Source: Burkholderiales bacterium (GTDB lineage Bacteria; Pseudomonadota; Gammaproteobacteria; Burkholderiales; Burkholderiaceae_C). From it: 64,000 nucleotides of DNA. Positions 29,499-38,126 of this stretch are shown here, one piece after another. The DNA is taken from positions 18,065 through 82,064 of the forward strand of contig JANYJJ010000137.1 in assembly GCA_025358485.1 (NCBI GenBank), written 5' to 3'. The notes beneath the pieces are model-generated. The model saw only the letters and a list, made by a program, of their open reading frames with translations. It was not told the origin of the DNA and ran no database searches. The position numbers and the translations under genes were made by a program. The number at the start of each line of letters is the position of its first letter. Position 1 is the first letter of the stretch.

Positions 29499-30341
29499 AT
29501 GACATTCACCATGACCACTGACCTGATCGAAACCACGCAAGGCGGCATCACCACCTTGACCATGAACCGGCCGGCCTCACGCAACGCGCTGACGCGCGAG
29601 ATGCTGGCGGCCTTGTCTGAAGCGCTGCAACGCCTGGCGCTTGACGCGTCTGTGCGCTTGATTGTGTTGACCGGGGCGGGGCAGGCGTTTTGCTCTGGTG
29701 GCGACGTGAAAGCATTCGCCGAAACTGCAAACGCAAACCCAAACCCGAATGCAACCGCCACCGGCGGCCCCATGACCATGGGCTTCGACCAACGCGTGAC
29801 CGACCTGCGCGCGCGCATGGACGTGGCGCGCTTGTTGCACGAAATCCCCAAGCCCACCTTGGCCGTGATCCCCGGCCCGGCCGCAGGCGCGGGTTTTTCG
29901 ATGGCGCTGGCCTGCGACATGCGCATCGCCGCCGATGACGCCAAACTCACCACCGCGTTTTCCAAAGTCGGTTTGTCGGGCGACTTCGGAGGCAGTTATT
30001 TTTTGACCCACTTGGTTGGCGCGGCGAAAGCGCGCGAGATGTATTTCACCGGTCAAGTGCTGCGCGGTGACGAGGCCCAGCGCATTGGTTTGGTCAACCG
30101 CGCCGTGCCTGCTGCGCAGTTGACTGAGGCCGCCGCCGCGTGGGCCCACGAGCTGGCGGCACTGCCCACGGTGGCGGTGGGCTACATGAAACGCAACCTC
30201 AACGCGGGCCTGCGCAGCTCGCTCGCCGACGTGATGGACGCAGAAGCCATCCACATGATTCGATGCTTCGAAACCGACGACCACAAAGGTGCGGCAGTGG
30301 CGTTTGTCGAGAAGCGTGTGCCTCGGTTTGAGGGGCGGTGA
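29499..30341 (+). CDS. enoyl-CoA hydratase/isomerase-family protein
   Basis: LTMNRPASRNALT...VLTGAGQAFCSGGDVK...AVIPGPAAGAGFSMALACDMRIA crotonase motifs. Confidence 0.85.
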   Translation: MTFTMTTDLIETTQGGITTLTMNRPASRNALTREMLAALSEALQRLALDASVRLIVLTGAGQAFCSGGDVKAFAETANANPNPNATATGGPMTMGFDQRVTDLRARMDVARLLHEIPKPTLAVIPGPAAGAGFSMALACDMRIAADDAKLTTAFSKVGLSGDFGGSYFLTHLVGAAKAREMYFTGQVLRGDEAQRIGLVNRAVPAAQLTEAAAAWAHELAALPTVAVGYMKRNLNAGLRSSLADVMDAEAIHMIRCFETDDHKGAAVAFVEKRVPRFEGR

Positions 30342-30380
30342 GGGGGGTGAGGGCTGCCTATGAGCTGCGTTTTTGCCCAA

Positions 30381-30552
30381 CTCGAACACACAAAAATCCC
30401 GTTTGGGCTGAGGTATCGAAGTCCTGCGCGACCGCAGCCCAACCGCGCTTGCTCATCCCGTTCGCCCGTCCCGTTCACCCATGCCGTTCCCCCGTCCCGT
30501 TCCCCCATCCCGTTCGCCCTGAGGTATCGAAGGGCCCAGCGAACACTTGCTC
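30381..30552. repeat. composite REP cluster: two REP units bracketing a tandem array
   Basis: Units TCGAACAC..TCCCGTTTGGGCTGAGGTATCGAAG and TCCCGTTCGCCCTGAGGTATCGAAG..GCGAACAC. Same family as 32294-32364 and 54032-54102. Confidence 0.8.
30455..30519. repeat. 13-nt tandem repeat x5
   Basis: ATCCCGTTCGCCC GTCCCGTTCACCC ATGCCGTTCCCCC GTCCCGTTCCCCC ATCCCGTTCGCCC. Confidence 0.9.
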
Positions 30553-30642
30553 AGACACCCACAGATGATCGGCAAAGCAACGTCAGAGCAAGCGGGTGGT
30601 GTTGAGTTTTTCAAATGCCAAAAACACCGAATAAACCTGGTC

Positions 30643-30710
30643 GCACTGAGCTTGTCGAAGTGCCGCCCGAACAGTGCCAAGGCTTCCACAAGCTCCGCCC
30701 GAACGGCGCC
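30643..30710. repeat. REP unit of the FDKLSPNG-type family (inverted pair)
   Basis: GAGCTTGTCGAAG ... CACAAGCTCCGCCCGAACGG. Related to CTTCGACAAGCTCAGCCCGAACGG at 33175-33215. Confidence 0.65.
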
Positions 30711-30760
30711 GATGTACGCCGCGAAGCATTCCCAAATCCGATCAAACAAGCAGCCAGCCC

Positions 30761-31630
30761 ATGACCACCCCCACCCCGACTCCGTCCCCCTACATCCCAC
30801 CCTCCGTCTGGACCTGGGACAAATCCAACGGCGGCAAATTCGCCAACATCAACCGGCCTATTTCAGGTGCCACACACGCCAAAGACTTGCCCGTTGGCAA
30901 GCACCCGATGCAGCTGTATTCGCTGGCCACACCCAACGGCGTGAAGGTCACTGTCATGCTGGAAGAGCTGCTGGCCATGGGCCATGCGGGTGCGGAATAC
31001 GACGCGTGGTTGATCCGCATTCAAGAGGGCGACCAGTTCAGCAGCGGGTTTGTGGCGGTGAACCCCAATTCAAAAATCCCAGCGCTGCTTGACCGCAGAG
31101 GCGCCACGCCCGTGCGCGTGTTTGAGTCGGGTGCCATCTTGCTTTACTTGGCGCAAAAGTTCAGCGCCTTTTTGCCGACCGATCCCAGTGCCCAAGCTGA
31201 ATGCCTGTCATGGCTGTTTTGGCAGATGGGCAGCGCGCCCTACCTCGGCGGCGGCTTCGGTCACTTCTATGCCTATGCACCCAGCAAAATGGAATACCCC
31301 ATCGACCGCTTCGCCATGGAAGTGAAGCGCCAAATGGACGTGCTGGACCGCCGCTTGGCCATCAGCCCCTATTTGGCAGGTGACGACTACACCATCGCCG
31401 ACATCGCCGTGTGGGCCTGGTACGGCAGCTTGGCCAAAGGCTTGCTCTACGAGGCCGCAGAGTTTTTGCAAGTGCAAAGCTACACCCACGTGCTGCGCTG
31501 GACTGAGCAAATTGCGCAGCGCCCAGCCGTCAAACGCGGCCGCATGGTCAACCGCATCTGGGGCGACCCCGCCAGCCAATTGCCCGAGCGTCACGACGCG
31601 ATCGATTTCGATCAGGTGATGAAAAAATGA
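30761..31630 (+). CDS. yghU: glutathione S-transferase, YghU (Nu-class)-like
   Basis: PPSVWTWDKSNGGKFANINRPISGATH...LYSLATPNGVKVTVMLEELL matches YghU-type GSTs. Confidence 0.85.
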   Translation: MTTPTPTPSPYIPPSVWTWDKSNGGKFANINRPISGATHAKDLPVGKHPMQLYSLATPNGVKVTVMLEELLAMGHAGAEYDAWLIRIQEGDQFSSGFVAVNPNSKIPALLDRRGATPVRVFESGAILLYLAQKFSAFLPTDPSAQAECLSWLFWQMGSAPYLGGGFGHFYAYAPSKMEYPIDRFAMEVKRQMDVLDRRLAISPYLAGDDYTIADIAVWAWYGSLAKGLLYEAAEFLQVQSYTHVLRWTEQIAQRPAVKRGRMVNRIWGDPASQLPERHDAIDFDQVMKK

Positions 31631-32259
31631 TGACCCTGTACGACTGCGCCACCGCCCCCAGCCCGCGCCGCGCACGCATCTTCTTGGCTGAAAAAGGCAT
31701 CGCGCACCACACCGTTCAAATTGACTTGCGCAACGCCGAACAAATGAGCAGCGCCTTCCGCGCCATCAACCCTCAGTGCACCGTGCCCGCCTTGCAAACA
31801 GATGAAGGCACCGTGCTCACCGACAACGCCGCCATCGCCGCCTATTTGGAGGCGCACACCCCCAACCCGCCCTTGCTCGGCGTCAGCGCGCTCGACAAAG
31901 CCGAGATCGCCAGCTGGAACTGGCGTGTTGAATTTGAAGGCCTCATGGCCATCGCCGAAGCCCTGCGCAACAGCGCTCCCGCCATGCTCAACCGGGCGTT
32001 GCCCGGGCCGGTGGACTACGCGCAAATTCCTGCATTGGCCCAACGCGGCTTGGCCCGAATTCAGCAGTTCATGAACATGCTTGAGACGCGCCTAGAGGGC
32101 CGCGATTTCATTGCCGCGAATCAATTCAGCGTCGCCGACATCACCGCCGTGGTGGCCGTGGACTTCGCGCGCGTGGTGCGTGTGAAGCCGGGGGACGCGC
32201 ATGTGAATTTGAGGCGGTGGCGCGAGGGGATGGGCTTGCGGGGATCGGTTGGCGCGTAG
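31627..32259 (+). CDS. glutathione S-transferase-family protein
   Basis: MTLYDCATAPSPRRARIFLAEKGI...VPALQTDEG GST N-terminal thioredoxin-like motif. 4-nt overlap with the upstream GST. Confidence 0.85.
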   Translation: MMTLYDCATAPSPRRARIFLAEKGIAHHTVQIDLRNAEQMSSAFRAINPQCTVPALQTDEGTVLTDNAAIAAYLEAHTPNPPLLGVSALDKAEIASWNWRVEFEGLMAIAEALRNSAPAMLNRALPGPVDYAQIPALAQRGLARIQQFMNMLETRLEGRDFIAANQFSVADITAVVAVDFARVVRVKPGDAHVNLRRWREGMGLRGSVGA

Positions 32260-32293
32260 ACGAGTGGCGACGGGGCTGCCTTCTGTGCGGGCA

Positions 32294-32364
32294 AATCGAA
32301 CACAAACAAAACCCCGTCCGGGCTGAGGTGGTTTGTCCGACCGTCCTGAGGTGTCGAAGGAAGT
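32294..32364. repeat. ~70-nt REP unit
   Basis: Reverse complement is near-identical to 54032-54102 (TTCGAYACCTCAGGACGGTCGGACAARCCACCTCAG..CCGRACGG). Confidence 0.85.
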
Positions 32365-32629
32365 TCTGCTCTGTATTCATGTCTCGCTCAAAAGGGCGAG
32401 GTTGAATTTTTTCAGACTGACCCGCCAGCGATGCTTGGCCGAGTTCCCGTCTCGACTTGCAAAGACCGAGCGATCAGGATGTCGATGAGCCTCGATCCTC
32501 CTCATTCGCTGGTGAGATGCCGCAGAGGCGACTCTTGACCGAGCTCGCCTATGGATTCCCTCGCGCCGCTGAGCCCCATCACTTGCGGCTTAGCGTGTTT
32601 GATTGATCAAGGGGACTAAAATTCTCCAC

Positions 32630-32851
32630 ATGCAACTGGCCACCGGTACTGTCGTCAACGGCAAGATCGTCCTCGAAGGTTTACCCCTTGTGGAGGGAGC
32701 CCTAGTGACGGTGGTTGCTCGGGGCGCAGACGAGGGGTTCTCGCTTTCTGCTGGCCAAGAGGAAGCGCTACTCGAATCGCTTGCTCAAATTGAGCGCGGT
32801 GACTGCATCTCGCTCGAAGAGTTGCTGGCAACACTTCCACGTTCTGACTGA
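32630..32851 (+). CDS. type II antitoxin (partner of ParE-like toxin)
   Basis: 74-aa ORF ending 2 nt before the toxin ATG. N-terminal swapped-hairpin-like GTVVNGKIVLEG and an acidic C-terminus. Confidence 0.6.
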   Translation: MQLATGTVVNGKIVLEGLPLVEGALVTVVARGADEGFSLSAGQEEALLESLAQIERGDCISLEELLATLPRSD

Positions 32852-32853
32852 GC

Positions 32854-33153
32854 ATGGCCCTCAGGGTCAAAATTTCTGCGCGTGCAGCCGGTGAAGTGCG
32901 CAAGGCTGCCGACTGGTGGCTCTTGAACCGACCGGCTGCGTTGGGTGCCGTTGCTACTGACTTTGGCGAAGCCATCGCTCTGCTTGCCGAGCAGCCCGGA
33001 ATTGGTGCCAAGTACATCGGTTCGAAAACGCCTGGCGTGCGTCGGCTGTTTCTGAGCCGTGTGAGGTACTTTGTTTATTACCGGGCCGACGAACAGAACC
33101 TGAATGTCTTGGCGTTCTGGCATTCAATTCGCGATCCGCAGCCTTTGCTTTGA
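32854..33153 (+). CDS. parE: RelE/ParE-family toxin
   Basis: 99 aa. ISARAAGEVRKAADWW...RRLFLSRVRYFVYYRADEQNLNVLAFWHSIRDP is typical of ParE. Confidence 0.8.
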   Translation: MALRVKISARAAGEVRKAADWWLLNRPAALGAVATDFGEAIALLAEQPGIGAKYIGSKTPGVRRLFLSRVRYFVYYRADEQNLNVLAFWHSIRDPQPLL

Positions 33154-33174
33154 AGTTGGGGAGGGCAAGCGCGG

Positions 33175-33215
33175 GTCTTCGACAAGCTCAGCCCGAACGG
33201 GTGTGGGTGGTTTCG
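33175..33215. repeat. REP unit (FDKLSPNG-type)
   Basis: CTTCGACAAGCTCAGCCCGAACGGG immediately after parE. Confidence 0.7.
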
Positions 33216-33256
33216 CGTGCTTCAAGAAGCAGCAGGCCCTTGCCCTGGCTTGCGCT

Positions 33257-34132
33257 TCAGCGCAAAGCCACCCTCGAAGCCGACCCCAACCCCGCCCTCC
33301 GCAACGCCGAATTCAAATGCGACAAATGCGCATACCCGCATCGCGCTGCCACCTCAACGGCTGAAACACGCCCCGCAGCCAACAACTCCCGCGCCAATTC
33401 CAAGCGCCTGCGCATCACCCACGCATGCGGGCTGCAGGCAAAGCTGAGTTTGAACATGCGGGCGAAGTGGTAGTCGGACAAGCACGCCGCCTCGGCCATG
33501 GCACGCAGCGTCAAGGCGCTTGAGCCGGGCTCGCGCATCAAGCCGTTTTCTATGCATTCCAACACCCGCCGACGCGCGGCTGCCGACAGCCCACCGCGCA
33601 CTGCGGCTTGAGTTCTCTGATGCACGGTGTGCTGCGCAATCAAGCGCGCTTGCACATCCAATGTGAGTTGCTGCAACAGCAAACTTGCGTCGGGCGCTTG
33701 CCAATCGACGCTGGCCATGCGAGCACATAGCGCCTCTAAAACCGGGTCGCGAAAATAGATGCGCTCATTCAAGGTGGCGCTGCGCGAGTCCAGGTCAAAC
33801 CAGCGCTCTGCACCCTGCGCCCAGGCGATGCGCGGCAGGTACAGGTGGAGCAATTCCAGTTGGCCGTTGACGGCCCAGCGTGACTGGTGACCCGCTGGTA
33901 AACAGCACAGCGCGCCGAGTTCACCACGGGCGGCGGGTGCTTCGGCGCAGCGCGCAGCGTGGCCGCCTTGCAAATAAAACGACAGCGTGTGGCGGCAAGG
34001 TGCTGAGGGATTTAAGCCGCCCGCAAAACTTCTGCGGCTTGGGGCTGGCGCTGGCAGGTACCTGCTGCTTTTCGCTCGGCAACTTGTTGTCAGGCGCGAT
34101 GCAGAAGCGCAGCCTTCTGTGTTGGCCTTCAC
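33257..34132 (-). CDS. AraC-family transcriptional regulator, possibly 5'-truncated
   Basis: C-terminal double HTH (LSDYHFARMFKLSF...VEVAARCGYAHLSHLNSALRR). The first ~30 codons run antisense through an EamA remnant, so the native N-terminus and promoter may be deleted. Confidence 0.65.
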   Translation of the reverse strand: MKANTEGCASASRLTTSCRAKSSRYLPAPAPSRRSFAGGLNPSAPCRHTLSFYLQGGHAARCAEAPAARGELGALCCLPAGHQSRWAVNGQLELLHLYLPRIAWAQGAERWFDLDSRSATLNERIYFRDPVLEALCARMASVDWQAPDASLLLQQLTLDVQARLIAQHTVHQRTQAAVRGGLSAAARRRVLECIENGLMREPGSSALTLRAMAEAACLSDYHFARMFKLSFACSPHAWVMRRRLELARELLAAGRVSAVEVAARCGYAHLSHLNSALRRAGLGSASRVALR

Positions 34133-34337
34133 CGCCTACCTCACGCTGGTGGGCCGCATGGGGGCCGACCGCGCGGCCTACTGCACGGTGCTGTTCCCGG
34201 TGGTGGCGTTGAACGTGACGGCCGTGATGGAGGGCTATCACTGGACGCTGCCCGCGCTGGCCGGTTTGGCTTTGGTGGCGCTGGGCAATGTGGTTGTGTT
34301 TTGGCGCGGGCGGAATCAACTGAGCAAGCCTGCTTGA
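34010..34337 (+). pseudogene. EamA/DMT-family transporter remnant
   Basis: Two frames read GLGLALAGTCCFSLGNLLSG and LAFTAYLTLVGRMGADRAAYCTVLFPVVALNVTAVMEGYHWTLPALAGLALVALGNVVVF. The 5' half is missing and there is an internal deletion/frameshift. Confidence 0.55.
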
Positions 34338-34364
34338 GCGCTGGCTTACCAGGCCTCGTTCTTG

Positions 34365-34808
34365 TCAGTAGGTTTTGTAGGAAAGAAATTTCCCTGACAT
34401 CACGATGCTGACACGGTCACCGGCGGCATTGGGCTCGCGCTGCAAGTCCATTTTGAAGTCGATGGCAGACATGATGCCGTCGCCGAATTCTTCGTGAATC
34501 AGCTCCTTGAAGGTCGTGCCGTAAATGCTGACCAGCTCGTAAAAACGGTAGATCAGTGGGTCGGTGGGCACGCTGGTGGGCAGGCTGCCTTTGTAGGGCA
34601 CGACTTGCAGCCATTTCTGCTCTTCGGTGGTCAGCCCGAATATTTCGCCGACCGTCATGGCTTGTTGCGCAGTCAGCGTCATTTGGCCCAGGCAAGCTGC
34701 CGTGACCCACTCCTTGCTCTGCCCAACGGCCTTGGCCACATCGGCCCATTTCAGGCCTTTGCTGACTTTGGCAGTGATGATTTTTTCAGTGACGTCCAAG
34801 CGACTCAT
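34365..34808 (-). CDS. cynS: cyanase (cyanate hydratase)
   Basis: 147 aa: MSRLDVTEKIITAKVSKGLKWADVA...YRFYELVSIYGTTFKELIHEEFGDGIMSAIDF. ATG at 34808 is preceded by AAGGAGAA. Confidence 0.95.
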   Translation of the reverse strand: MSRLDVTEKIITAKVSKGLKWADVAKAVGQSKEWVTAACLGQMTLTAQQAMTVGEIFGLTTEEQKWLQVVPYKGSLPTSVPTDPLIYRFYELVSIYGTTFKELIHEEFGDGIMSAIDFKMDLQREPNAAGDRVSIVMSGKFLSYKTY

Positions 34809-35725
34809 GCGGTTCTCCTTAGCGGTGTGACGGTGGTGGAAGAAAGTGGAACTGGGATCGACTCTGGCTCGGGCTCCACCACCCCGGGGCTGACCTCCAG
34901 CGGCTGCGCTGGTGCGCGCCCGTGCGACAGATCTTTGCTGCGTGACACCAGGAAGTCGACCAAGTGGTTGCGGATGCGGTAGTACTGCGGATCGTGGTGC
35001 AGCGTGGCGCGTTGTCGGCCTTTGTCGGGGTCGCGTGTCATCGTGTTCTTGACGACCTCGGCCACACGGGCTTGGGGTCCGTTGCTCATCAACAAAATGC
35101 GGTCGGCCAATAAGATGGCTTCGTCCACATCGTGCGTGATCATGAAAACCGTTTGGTGCGTCTGGGCGCAAATGCGCAGCAATTCGTCTTGAATGCTGCC
35201 GCGCGTCAATGCGTCCAGCGCGCCAAAGGGCTCGTCCAACAGCAGCATGCGCGGCTGAATGGCAAACGCCCGGGCAATGCCCACGCGCTGTTTCATTCCC
35301 CCAGAAAGCGCACTCGGCTTTTTGTCGATGGCACCGGTCAGGCCCACCAGCTCAACGTACTTCTGCACGTGCAGGTCGAGCTCCGCTCGGCCCCAGTTTG
35401 GCCACTTGCTGCGCACAGCAAACGCGATGTTATTGCGCACGCTCAACCAAGGCATCAGCGCATGGCCTTGGAAAACCACGCCGCGGTCCAGGCTGGGCCC
35501 AGCCACTTCACGGCCGTCCATGAAAACATGCCCCGTGCTGGCCGATTCCAATCCAGCCAGAACGTTCAAGATCGTGGTCTTGCCGCAGCCGCTGTGACCG
35601 ATGATGCAGACGAATTCGCCCTGCGCAATGTTGAAATTGACGCTGTCGAAAACGCTCTCAGCGGAGCCTGCATAGGTTTTGCCGAGGCCCTCGACCTTGA
35701 GAAACTCAATGGGTTCAGTCGGCAT
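34805..35725 (-). CDS. cynD: nitrate/cyanate/sulfonate-type ABC transporter ATP-binding protein
   Basis: Walker A GHSGCGKTT, signature LSGGMKQRVGIARA, Walker B LLLDEPFGALD. Overlaps cynS by 4 nt. Symbol given by context only. Confidence 0.85.
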   Translation of the reverse strand: MPTEPIEFLKVEGLGKTYAGSAESVFDSVNFNIAQGEFVCIIGHSGCGKTTILNVLAGLESASTGHVFMDGREVAGPSLDRGVVFQGHALMPWLSVRNNIAFAVRSKWPNWGRAELDLHVQKYVELVGLTGAIDKKPSALSGGMKQRVGIARAFAIQPRMLLLDEPFGALDALTRGSIQDELLRICAQTHQTVFMITHDVDEAILLADRILLMSNGPQARVAEVVKNTMTRDPDKGRQRATLHHDPQYYRIRNHLVDFLVSRSKDLSHGRAPAQPLEVSPGVVEPEPESIPVPLSSTTVTPLRRTA

Positions 35726-36611
35726 AGGTCACGGCTTTCTGCAAACGAGCAAATACCAAGTCCAGCAGCATGCCGACCACGCCGATCACCAGCACCGCGA
35801 AGATCACGTTGGGCAAACTCAAGTTGTTCCACTCGTTCCAAACAAAGTAGCCGATGCCGGTGCCGCCCACCAGCATTTCTGCGGCGACGATCACCAGCCA
35901 AGCAATGCCCATGCTGATGCGCATGCCGGTCAAGATGGTGGGCGCAGCGGCGGGCAAGATCACCTCAAAGGCTTTGCGAAATGGGCTTACCTCCAGCGTG
36001 CGCGCGACGTTGAGCCACTCCTTGCGCACACTGGCCACGCCGAAGGCGGTGTTGATCAGCATGGGCCACACGCTACAGACGAAGATCACGAAGATGCCGC
36101 TGATGGCGCTGTCTTTGATGGTGTACAGCGCCAGTGGCATCCAGGCCAGCGGCGAAATGGGCTTGAGCACCTGGATGAAAGGGTCGAGCGCGCGGTAAAT
36201 CAGCCGGTTCATGCCGATCACAAAGCCGAGCGGGATGGCGACGGCGGCGGCCAAAAAATAGCCCAAACCAACGCGGCCCAAGGAGTACATCAGCTGCAGG
36301 CCCAAACCCTTGTCGTTGGGGCCGTTGTCGTAGAAAGGGCTCGACAAATTGCGCACCACAGCCGCGCCCATTTGGCTCAAAGTGGGGAAGCCGCTTTTGC
36401 CGCCGGTGCCTGTCGCGGCGTTGGCCGACAAGCTGGCCGGGTCTTTGCCCATCAGCTTGGCGTACTCGATTTGCTCGGCTGTCAGCGCCGTGGCGGGCAC
36501 TGACACCGCTGCGGGACGCAGCGTGGCAAGGTGCCAAATCAGCAAGATCAAACCCAAGATCAGCAGCGACAGCATCGATGCCTTCAAAGTTTCGGCGCGG
36601 TCTGGCTTCAT
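35715..36611 (-). CDS. cynB: ABC transporter permease (NrtB/CynB-type)
   Basis: Six-TM BPD_transp_1-type product with an EAA-like loop (ASVRKEWLNVARTLEVSPFRKAFEVILPAAAP). Confidence 0.85.
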   Translation of the reverse strand: MKPDRAETLKASMLSLLILGLILLIWHLATLRPAAVSVPATALTAEQIEYAKLMGKDPASLSANAATGTGGKSGFPTLSQMGAAVVRNLSSPFYDNGPNDKGLGLQLMYSLGRVGLGYFLAAAVAIPLGFVIGMNRLIYRALDPFIQVLKPISPLAWMPLALYTIKDSAISGIFVIFVCSVWPMLINTAFGVASVRKEWLNVARTLEVSPFRKAFEVILPAAAPTILTGMRISMGIAWLVIVAAEMLVGGTGIGYFVWNEWNNLSLPNVIFAVLVIGVVGMLLDLVFARLQKAVTYAD

Positions 36612-38014
36612 GCTTTGGAAATCGCAAAGCTCTTCAGGTATTCGTCGGCCTTGGCCGCATCAAATTCCTTGCCCATGATCTTGAATTTTTTGTAGGCCCC
36701 GTCGGGCACCGACTGGCCCAGCTCTTTCATGTACTTCTTCGCGTCGGTGATCAGGAAAACTTTCTCTGCCACTTGCTTGTAGTTGACTTCACCCTTCAGG
36801 TACCCCCAGCGCTTCATCTGCGTCATCATCCAAACCGCCATGCTTTGCCAAGGCACAGGGTCGAAGTCGGCACGTTCGGGCACCACGCGCACATTGCCCA
36901 GGCCGTCGGCGAACTTGCCGGTCAGCACCTGCGTCAGCACGGCCTCGGGTTGATTGAGGTACTGCGCCGGACTGATGACTTTGGCGATCAGCTCGCGGTT
37001 CTCAGGCTTGCGCGCCATAGCGGCGGCGGTGAGCACACTGCGGTAAAGCGCGGCAAAGGTGTTGGGGTTCTGCTGAATGAAGGCTTCGGGCACACCGAAG
37101 GCACAGCACGGGTGACCGTCCCAAATTTCGCGACTCAGGATGTGGATGAAGCCCGCTTCTTCAAACACGGCACGCTGGTTGAAGGGGTCGGGGCCGAGGA
37201 AGCCGTCAATGTTGCCGGCTCGCAAATTGGCCACCATTTCGGCCGGTGGTGTGACGCGCAATTGCACGTCGGTGTCGGGGTTCAGCCCCGCTTCGGCCAA
37301 GTAGTAGCGCAACAGAAAGTTGTGGATGCTGTAGTCGAACGGAATGGCGAACTTGAAGCCTTTCCAATTCTTCGGCTCACGGTTGCCCTTGTGTTTGTTG
37401 GCCAGCACGATGGCTTGGCCGTTGATGTTTTGGATGGTCGCCACATTCATGGCTTGCGCCGCGCTGCCCAGACCCAGACTGATGGCCAACGGCATGGGGC
37501 TCAAGAAATGCGTGGCGTCGTACTCCTTGTTCATGATCTTGTCGCGAATCAATGCCCAGCCCGCTGTTTTCATGAGCTGCACGCTCAGGCCTTGCTCGCG
37601 ATAAAAGCCCAGTGGGTCGGCCATGATCAGCGGACTGGCGCAGGTGATGGGGATGAAGCCGATCTTCAGGTCTTTCTTTTCCAGCGGTTTTTTGGTTTCG
37701 GCCATGGCCTGCAGGCTGGCCAAGGTGCCCAAAGGCAAGACGCTGCCAATGGCCGCCATCGCGCTGCCACGGCCCAGCGCCTTCATAAAGGCGCGCCGAA
37801 CGGGCTCACGCGGAAACAAGGCCTTTACCAAACTGGCTTCCATGAACTGACGCCCCAGCTCGTCAGGGGCCACCTGCGCATGGGTTTGGGGCGCGTGGTC
37901 AGCTCCACAGGCGCAGCGCAGCATCAAAGGCCGGTTTGCGTCGTAAGGGTCGTAAGCCTCGCAACCGTTGAGGGCGCTCTCCAATGGGGCGAGATGGAAA
38001 TTCGGGTGGGTCAC
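36608..38014 (-). CDS. cynA: NrtA/CynA-type ABC substrate-binding protein with Tat-like signal
   Basis: RRAFMKALGRGSAMAAIGSVLPLGTLASLQAMA twin-arginine signal after an unusual ~60-aa Cys/His-containing N-region. The start (GTG 38014) is uncertain. Confidence 0.8.
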   Translation of the reverse strand: MTHPNFHLAPLESALNGCEAYDPYDANRPLMLRCACGADHAPQTHAQVAPDELGRQFMEASLVKALFPREPVRRAFMKALGRGSAMAAIGSVLPLGTLASLQAMAETKKPLEKKDLKIGFIPITCASPLIMADPLGFYREQGLSVQLMKTAGWALIRDKIMNKEYDATHFLSPMPLAISLGLGSAAQAMNVATIQNINGQAIVLANKHKGNREPKNWKGFKFAIPFDYSIHNFLLRYYLAEAGLNPDTDVQLRVTPPAEMVANLRAGNIDGFLGPDPFNQRAVFEEAGFIHILSREIWDGHPCCAFGVPEAFIQQNPNTFAALYRSVLTAAAMARKPENRELIAKVISPAQYLNQPEAVLTQVLTGKFADGLGNVRVVPERADFDPVPWQSMAVWMMTQMKRWGYLKGEVNYKQVAEKVFLITDAKKYMKELGQSVPDGAYKKFKIMGKEFDAAKADEYLKSFAISKA

Positions 38015-38126
38015 GGTTTTCTCCAGCGATAGTGGGTTGACTTAAGCAGGAAACGTGCGCAACCTAGGCGCGCGCCAGAAACTGCCTTCTTCACAGCGTG
38101 GCTGGCTTCTTGCAACGGGTCCCGCC

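Noticed and set aside
30455-30519. CRISPR array
   Set aside because: The units are only 13 nt and directly abutting, with no spacers. The same holds for the 8-, 12- and 15-nt arrays elsewhere. No cas genes are in the window.
36578-38032. 484-aa plus-strand ORF covering the whole cynA region
   Set aside because: It is antisense to a well-supported substrate-binding protein gene. Its composition (Arg/Gly/His/Val-rich, no motifs) is typical of shadow ORFs in GC-rich DNA.
38015-38126. Sigma-54 promoter for cynA on the minus strand
   Set aside because: The best candidates have wrong spacing. TGGCGGGACCCGTTGCA has GG-N11-GC. TGGCGCGCGCCTAGGTTGC has GG-N14-GC.
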